Shown piece by piece: positions 52,901 through 61,900 of a DNA stretch of 64,000 nucleotides. The stretch is from Verrucomicrobiota bacterium (GTDB taxonomy: Bacteria; Verrucomicrobiota; Verrucomicrobiia; Opitutales; Cerasicoccaceae): assembly GCA_039818205.1 (NCBI GenBank), contig JBCBUK010000001.1:352001-416000 (forward strand). The letters are read 5' to 3'. Position 1 is the first letter of the stretch; every line of letters starts with the position of its first letter. Both the position numbers and the translations under genes were made by a program. The notes below the pieces were generated by a model, which was not told the DNA's origin, did no database searches, and saw only the letters and a list, made by a program, of their open reading frames with translations.

Positions 52901-55900
52901 AAAAGACCCGATCCAGCCACGGTTGCATCCAAAGCAACGTGTGTTGCGACATCCCACTCAATGTCAGCTGAGACGATCGCACCAAAGATCTCGACGGCAT
53001 TGGCAACAATATCCCATAGCGAGGTCGAGTTGAAATCACCGTCAACCACGGCAGTCGTGGTGATGTCCCAATCCACATCAACCGTATTCGCCGTTCCTGA
53101 GAGGTTGAGTGAATTCGCATCAACATCCCAGAATTTCGAGGAGTTGAATGTGCCGTCCATTGTGACGCTATCCACCAGGTTCCAAATCGCATCACGCGTC
53201 TGAATAGTCCCGGAAGTAACGAGAGTTGTCGCGTTAATCTCCCAGAGATTGTTCGAGGTAAAGTCACCAGTAAGCAGAACGTTTTCAGCGATGTTCCAAG
53301 TCACATCGTCGGCATTCATGCTGCCATTGAAAACCAACGATACCGAATCCGCAGTAAAAGTGGTGGCCTCAACCCGACCGTCGATCGATATACCGTCGAG
53401 AACGTTGAAATCAATTGTTGGCGCTTTGACCAGCGGTGCGTCGATGTCGATGAACTCGGCGTTGACAATAATCGAGGAAAGCGCTTCTAAACTGGCGTCC
53501 GCATCGAGCGTTTCCAGCACATCGACGAAGATGTTGTTCGCCTTGATATGGCTCAGCGTATTGACAGTGTCCGCGATAAAGCGGATGTCGATGTCACCAA
53601 GATCGGAAATTCCATTGTTAGTCGATCCAGTCGTGACGCGAACATCTCCACCGAAGTCAACGACATCTCCGATAAAGTCACGTCCATTAAACTGGGCGCC
53701 TTTACCAATCATTGTCTGGCGCTCGATGTCACCGGAGAAGTTCAAAACTTCGCGGCCGTTGCGGATCTGATAGCGATTCAACTCAACGGCAGCCAAAGCA
53801 TATTTCTGCTCAGCAATAACTTCATCGAAACCGCCAGTGGTATCGAAAATGTTGACGGTGCCAATGGCCTTCGGGCTCTGAGCAAGTCCGAGCAGAGCGC
53901 GATATTGATCGTTACCTCCCGAGTCGGTGAAGTTAAGGACATCCTCGCGGAATTCATTAATCAGGACAAGGTCATCACCGGTTCCAAGAACAACGTCGTC
54001 AACATCCGCCCGTTGGGCTCTGATCTCACTGCCATCGGAAGCGAGAACCGTTACTCCGGAGCGAGAGACGGTGACAGTCAAGTCATCCGATACCTCGCCA
54101 AAATCGAGGGTCACGATGCCATCGCGGTCGGTGAAGCGATCACGGTCAAATCCGTCGTCGAAGTAGTAGGTGTCATTGCCTTCTTCACCGCGGAGATCAT
54201 CGACTCCTAGACCCCCATGGATTTCGTCGTCGCCAAGGCCAGCAATAATCCGGTCCTCACCAGCATCACCAAAGAGCAAGTCGCCCGCCGAACCACCGAA
54301 GATCTGGTCATCGCCAAGGCCGCCATGAATTTCAACTGCTGCGGTTGCCGCCTGAGCGTCGATGATGTCGTCGCCTTCACCACCGTCGGCGCTTCCACCA
54401 GCCTCACCAAGAAAGATTCGATCGCGGCCTCGGGATCCAGCGACTTCGACAGTAACATCGCGCAGTCGTGAGGCATCAAATGTGTCGTCGCCTTCGCCAA
54501 GATCTACGACGATGTGCTCGACTTCGCCCTTATCGAAAATCTGTACCCAGTCGTTGAAAATGACGTAAACACGATTGCTGTCACCAAATACCTCGAAGTT
54601 TTCACCGCCATCGATCGTGTCAAAGTACTCACGTTTTGAGGCATCGGGACCGGCATTAATGTGGAGGGTCTTGCCTTCCAGACGGCCCAAAGTCGGCTGA
54701 GGGAAGGCTGCCTTATACTCAAACTCGAAGAGAGTCGCATCCACCAACGTAATGTTGATGATTCGCTTCATGATCTTTCCCACGAATGGGATCTTGATTC
54801 CGACGTCCACGAACGCGCGGATCTTGAGGCTCAAATCACCATCAACATTGATCAAGTTTGCGAGCCCACGGTTCTCAAACTCAAAGAGCGTCTTAATCTC
54901 GGATCCGCGGATCTTGCCGTCGCTCTCAAAATCCTGACCATAAACGACGCCATCGAAGGTAAACATTGTATCGATGCGGCCGATAAGATCGTCGTAGTTG
55001 GCGGCACGATTACCGTCCTCATCAATCAGCTCATAAAGCGTTGGAATCGCAACGTCCTGGAGGTCCAGGTCGACGTTTAATTCGAGTAGACCTTCCAAGC
55101 CCGCCTCGACAACGACAATGTTGATTGCTGCAGCCAAACCGATGTGAGCACCAAAGCTCAGTTCCGGTTTTTCTTCAGTGAAGTTTGAGGCCACCGACTT
55201 ATCGGCAACGAAGAAACCATCGAATACCTTGCTTGCGTCACCGGTCTCAATGGCCTTGCGAATGCCAAAGGTATCGTAGCCGAATGCCAGGTCCGCGGTA
55301 GCATTGAATCCGCCAAAGGCGTCGATGTTGAAGATGACCGGGCCAAGCGGGAACGTGACGAGCGTTTGACGGAAATCAAAACCAACCGAGAGTAGCGGAA
55401 GCTCGTAGGTAAACAGAGTCGCATCCCCACCAGTGAGCAACTGAGTCCAGTTGCCAATATCCCAGATGTAGTCGAAGCGGAAACCAGAGCGGGCCTCGCT
55501 ACCGGTTGTAACGCTGCCAGAGCGCTCCGTGTTCGGGCGCGAATTATTGAGCGCCTTGATCTCCTCAAAGCTTGCGAGGCTGACGTCCATGTCGGCCTGC
55601 GTGGCTTGAACATTTCGCGTTCCAAGGCCTGCGATGTTCCCCAAAAGGATCTCACCATCGACACTCAAGAGCCCATTGATCTGATCGACGAGGTTAAGGA
55701 AGTTCTGAACCTCGTAGACGAAGCTAAAGTCAACCGGCTTCTTGCCCTTAAGTTTCAGAGCAAGATTGATCAGGCCAATCAGATTAGGCTCATCCAAAAT
55801 CTTATCCAGACCGGCAATACGCGCCGTTAACGTATCAACGACCGGTCGGAACGGATCCAAAACATCATTGATCTCGTCAACAATCGGCTTGAGGAATTTC

Positions 55901-58900
55901 GAAACAAACGAACCGACATCAATACGAAGATTTTGCAGTCCAATATTTGGCGTGCTCGCGCCATTGGCGAGATCCCATGCCCAATCGACGACAAAGTCAG
56001 CCTTCAAGGTGGGAAGACCACTCGCACCTGCGATTGCCAATTCGATGCCAAGGTTCAGATTTGCATCGAGTCCAAAATCGATATCGAATGTGTCGCTGAC
56101 ACGGCGGCTAAAGAGCTCATCGATTGTCAGGCGGCGGTCGTCGACCTCGTCGGAATCGTTCGGGTTACCTCCGAGAATATCAATGCTGAGTCCGCCTCGT
56201 AATCCGCCCGCTTGGAAACCTGCCCGGTCTGGATTGCTATCTTGATCTTCAACCGTCGCTTGGAAGAAGAGCAGCTGACCGGTTCCGGTAAAGCGAGTAT
56301 TGATGCTTGGGTCCAGGGGCTTGCCATCGAGGAACACATCAACGCCGACCTCAAGTTCCGCCTGGGTTGGATCGACACCGAGGTAGAAACCGTCCTTAAG
56401 CGAAAGACCGAAATTGAAGTCGAACATCCAATCGAGTTCGAAGGCAAAGCCGCCATCGATGTCCAAGCTAAGACCGGGCAGATCGAAGGCTAGCGGAATG
56501 TCGATACCCGTGCTGAAGAGCGTCGAACCAAGATTTAAATCAAACTCGATCGCATCCGCATTTTCTGGGATTTCGTCACCTTCTTCCCAGTCTTTGATCC
56601 GAACTGCATTCTCGTCGAACCAGATCGCGATAACGTCATCCTTGGTGACGCGGCTGTCACCATTGTTGTCGAGAATGATATCGAGGCCGGAGGTGCCAAA
56701 CAGGTCCCATAAGCTGTCGCGGATCACTTCGATAGCTTTTCCATTCCCGCTAAGCTTTTCGCGGAGGTCCGAAAGCAAACCATTACGGATGTCGGAAAGG
56801 AATGTCGCGGCCTTGGCCAGCTTGTCGCCAACCAGTGGAATATCCTGGGCGAGACTGGAACCAAAAATGTTTTCGAGACTACCCAGCGCAAGGTCAACGC
56901 CATCAAGAATCGAGGACGGGTCGTTGAGAATGCCCAACAACGAGAACTGTCCACCCTGTGCTTCAAAGATGCCCGAGAAGTCGATCGGCGTAAACTCAAG
57001 GAAGCTCGAAGCGCCACCGGCAACGCCAGATTGAAGTGAGTCAAATAGGCTTCCAATCGACTGATTGTCGAGCGTGCGGAAGCGCATCACGTTGTCCGAA
57101 CCCAACGGAACATCAAGACCAAAGACCGACAGGCTCACCGGCAACTGAATATCGAGCGCGCCCGTAAAGTCGAAGTCGAGTCCACCGCTGCCGTTGAGGC
57201 TGACAAGCGCTGAAGCAAATCCAGTCGAAAGAAGGCCGCTATTGACGTTCGCCGCCGCGACGGTGTCGGGGTTGCCATCCGAGTTGAGGACGACCAGTCC
57301 ATCGCGGACGCCGACATTCAGCTCACCAAAGCCAAATGCCAGTGTCAGGTCTTCGCCAAGGATACGGGCTCCAACTTCAACGTGGGTTCCCGCCAAGCCC
57401 CCCGAATTTGGGTCAAAGTTCGGATCGAACTCACGGAAGAAGATTTCTGGGCTCGTAGTATCCGAGAAATCGATGCCGATATCGAGAATCGCATCGACGA
57501 AGGCTTGGAACTCAACAACGGCTCCCGCGTCCAGGAAGTTGCTCAGGCCCTCGAAGAATGATGCATTCGATGAACCGACCAGTGTAGCCAGGGTTTCCGC
57601 ATCCAGGTTAAAAATGAAGGTATCCGAGAAAAGTGCTCCAATGTTAAAGTGAACGTCGAGCACTTCTCCGTTGAGCGCGAAACCAAACTTCTGCTCATGT
57701 AGCGGCTTGGTATTGTCGTCGTTGATTCCCAGCGCCTGCTCAATCTTGGCCTCAACATCCTGAATCGCTGCCACCGGATCGTTGGCCACTTCTTCCAACG
57801 CAGCCGAGAAATCGCTGATGAACGAGAAAACGTCTTCGAGCGATGTGTTCACGACCGGAATCTGGGTCGTGTAGAATGGCATATCAGCCAAGGTTTGATC
57901 CAAGAAATCAACACCGTCGCGAATCGCGCCAATGATTGTTGCGAAATCGAGATCCTTGAAGTTTAGCTCGGTTGGGAAGTTTGGCAGAACCACCTCTACC
58001 GTGCTAAAGTCCAGCAAATCGGGGATGGTAATCGATAGCTCTTCCTCGGCTGGGATATCGACTTGGAATGGGCCAGCTTCAAGTTCGAAGCCGCGCAGAA
58101 CCGCTGCCGCATCACCCGAGAAATCAAAATTGAAGCTATCGAATAGATCTCCATTGATCAGATCGAGGAACGTGAAGAGGCGATCGCCCTCAGTCTCAGA
58201 GTTCAGATCCCGATCCAGTGTAGCCGTTGCCGTCGCATTGAACGTAAGGTTAGAACCGGTTTCGGCACCGCCCGCTGCAATGCGAGCGAAGCCAAGAATG
58301 GCCTCTGCACCGAGTGCTTCCGACTCGGGTGTGCTTGGATCGTCGGCAATCTCAAAGTTCACATCGCCGGTCACCTCGACATTATCGATCATCAGCTCTG
58401 GTAGCCCTTGAGCCGAGAAATCGATGACCAAGTCAAAACCACCAGCAACCGTTGTATCCAGATTGACCGTGCCTTCTGGATTGATCTCAAGCGGACCAAG
58501 ATCGAAGTCAAATTCGAGCGGTAGATTATTGATCGGAGCCAGCGCGAGACCGAATGCAAATGGCATGCGGAACTGCTTGGTAACGGGATCAAACGAAACT
58601 GATAGACCGTCGGGAAGAATACCGGCACGGTTGATCGAATCAATCAACTCGTCGAGCGTGCGGATCTGCTCAATTGGGCGATGGACCGCAAAACTTAAGA
58701 GTGTGAGCGCGGCGTCTGCCGTGTAAGCGATTCGGATATTCTCACTATCGATAAACTCTTCGACCCGGAACTCGCCGATACCATCGAGCGTTATACGCTC
58801 GCCAGCCATCTCTTCGGTGAACGCACCACCAGCCGAGGTAAGGATATCGCTGCCTTCGGCCATCGAACCGTTTACCGCCGCAAAGAGGTCTACGCGTGGA

Positions 58901-61900
58901 CGATTGAAATCGATTTTCGAGAGAATCTGGTCGTCGAAGGCGGTCGCAAAGTCGAGGATATCGCCAAGCTCGACTCCGATGAATGGGATCTCGGTGGCAA
59001 AAAGATCCGCTTCGCGGAAGTCGCGGAGCCAGGCCAAAACGTCCTGGATCATGATGATACCATCAACAACACTGAAATTCGAGAAGTCGAGCAGCTCGTC
59101 GAAGTTTTCCGTGCTGAACTCGAGACCATCGAACAGATCGCCCTCAAGGTTGATGCGTGGTGTATTATCGCGGTTGAAATCGATACCGGGCAACGATCCG
59201 TAGATCGGCAAAGACACGTCGAGACGATTCTCGCCGGGCTGGAATCCGAGCTGACCATTGACCAGGCTAACCGATCCTCCCAAGGCCAAACCAACTTCGC
59301 CCTTGTCGGCACCTTCGCGGCCAATGCTTACTGCAAGTGGCCCGACTTCCGCGCCTAGCACAAAATCATCGGAGTCGATATTCGCCTGGAAGCCGAGATT
59401 GGTGAGATCGAAATCGAAATCTCCCGTTTCGGTGTTCAGATCAATGTCGAAAGCGACATTCCCAGTAACGTCGGCCAAGAAATTCGCATCTCCGGTGAAG
59501 CGGAAACCGATCGCCTCAATGTCCTGACTGAGGGCCAACTCCATCAGTGTCTGATAGGTAAAGTCTTTGTCGAAGGAGAGGCTGAAGCCCTCTTCGGTCA
59601 GGTTCCAAGTCAGGTAGTCGCCCGCTTCACCTTGGAGGCTCGGCAACCATTCTGCCTCTAGGTATTCGAGCAAACCGCCGATAGACGGTAAACCGTTCTC
59701 GTAGACTGGAGCAGCAAAAGTCTCACGGGCCGTACCGCTTGGATCCCGTCCGAGAACTGGGTCGACGTAGCGCTTGATGAAGTCGCCGACACTGAGAATT
59801 TCGGTAAGGCCAAGAATGTCGTCGAGCGAGGCATTAAACCCTGGCAGTTGGTTCGAAAGCGGGTGGTCAGAAATCTGCTGACCATTGTCGTCGAATCGTG
59901 GTTCAATCTGATCCTTTAGATCCAATACCTCGTCGGCTAGCTGGTCAACGTAACCGGCCACCAGCGCGGAGAGGCTCAAGCCCAGATTGTCGAGACCCAG
60001 TGCTGACAGACCGAAGAGATTCGGGTCGAGCAACGATAGCGATTCAAGTGTACTGTAGGTGACCTCTCCCAGGTCAGCCAAATCGAAGCGACTCAACAGG
60101 TTGTTGTCGATCAGGTCGGCCAGCGTTGCCGTTCCGCTATTGATCAGCTCCTGCGCGTCGATGATCAACTGATCCGCCAACTCAGCGGCAGTAGCCAGAC
60201 CCGCGGTGGTCAAATCGGAAAGTGCAACCTCCGCGTCAGCGAGCAGAGCGTTAGCATCAATAATGCCTTCGCCCACTAAGTCTTCGATCGTTGCAACGCC
60301 GTCCTCAACTAGGCTCAATACACGGGCCTCACCCAGCGTGACGAAGTTATCAATAACCAGCAATCCGGAATCGGCAAGCTGAGCGAATTCGGTCAGCGCG
60401 CTATCAAACAGATCCTGAATCACAACCGTGGCATCGGCAAGAATGTCCGTAGCTTCCAGGTAGCTTTGCGCAACCAAGCCGGAGGCAATAGCGGCGTTCT
60501 CGGATATTAGGTCCAGCAGTGCCGCAGCGCCCAGGTCCTTAAGATCGCCGACCGCGATCAATCCATTGGAGAACACTTCGCTAAAATCAGCTAGGCCAGA
60601 GGCTATCAACTCAGCGAGTAAGACGTTCCCGGAAGGATCTACCAAACCAGCGTCCGTGAGCTCGGCGTTGGTCGCTACACCGGCGCTAACAATGTCGGTC
60701 GCAGCACGGAACGCGGTGCCGGAAATTTCAGCCGCAGTGACGCGTCCGGCGTCTACCAACTGTTGCAGCGTGACCGCGCCACTGGAGAGGAGCGTGTCAA
60801 GGTCTTCCGAACCGAGGTCGGCAAGATCACTCACGAGGATCAATCCAGCGTCAACCAATTCGGCCAAGGTGCTTTCACCCGAAGCGATCAGTGCCGCCAG
60901 ATTCGTCTCGGCGTTTGACTTCAGGTCGGTGATTTCGACGAATCCGCTAGCCACCAAATCGGCAATCGCCGCAATACCCTGCTCGACGAGTGGTAGCAAA
61001 GCGGTGAAATCAAGGTCGGTAAACTGTTCGACGCTCAGTAGGCCATTAGCAGCCAATTCACTCAGGCTAACGGTTCCTGCGTCCAGGAGATCAGTGAGAT
61101 TCAGATGGGCAATGGCTTCAAGCTCAGCCTGAGATGCAACCCCGGCCGCAACAAGCGCATCAACACTGAGTCGGTAGGCAGCGTCGATATCGGCCGCAGT
61201 AATCAATCCATTCGTGGCGAGCTGGGCCAAATCCAGGAACTGGACGGCAAGCAGATCATCGAGATCGGCTTCATTGGCAAGACCATCGAACAAGTTGAGG
61301 TTTAGATAGCGGAGGCTAGCCAATGGAGCACCAGCGTCACCGCCAATAAAGTTGTCTCCAACTTTCGCGTAGATCGGCAGGTCAACATCGACGCTCGCAT
61401 TTGGCTCGAAGACTAACTCACCGCCTTCGTCCGCAACACGTGCGCTCAAGGCCAGAGCAACCTTGCCCTTCTCTCCATCCGGTGAACCAATACTTGCCCC
61501 GAGCGGACCAAAATTAACGGCAGCAAAGAGTTCTTCGTCGGATGCGACAGATGCGCCGAGGAAAAGCTCGTCAAAGTTGAAGAAGACATCCGGGCTACTG
61601 GGATCGGCCAGGTCGATGCCGAACTCGAAATCAAGTGCGGCTTCGAGATCTAGTGCAAAATCGAGATCACCCTCGAGATTGAAACCAGCTCCTTCAAGAT
61701 CTCCAGCGATGTCAAGATTCACGTTGCGGCTGAAGGCATAATCGCCATCAAACACCGCCTTAAAGCCAGTCACCTTGCCTTCGGAATCCTTAATCTGAAC
61801 GAAGCTCAGTGGACCAACACCCGTCGAGGCGTCGAATCCTGGAAGCGTTGGCAACCAGTTTGCGGTCAGGTAGTCGATCAAGCCCGTGGCGATTGTCACC

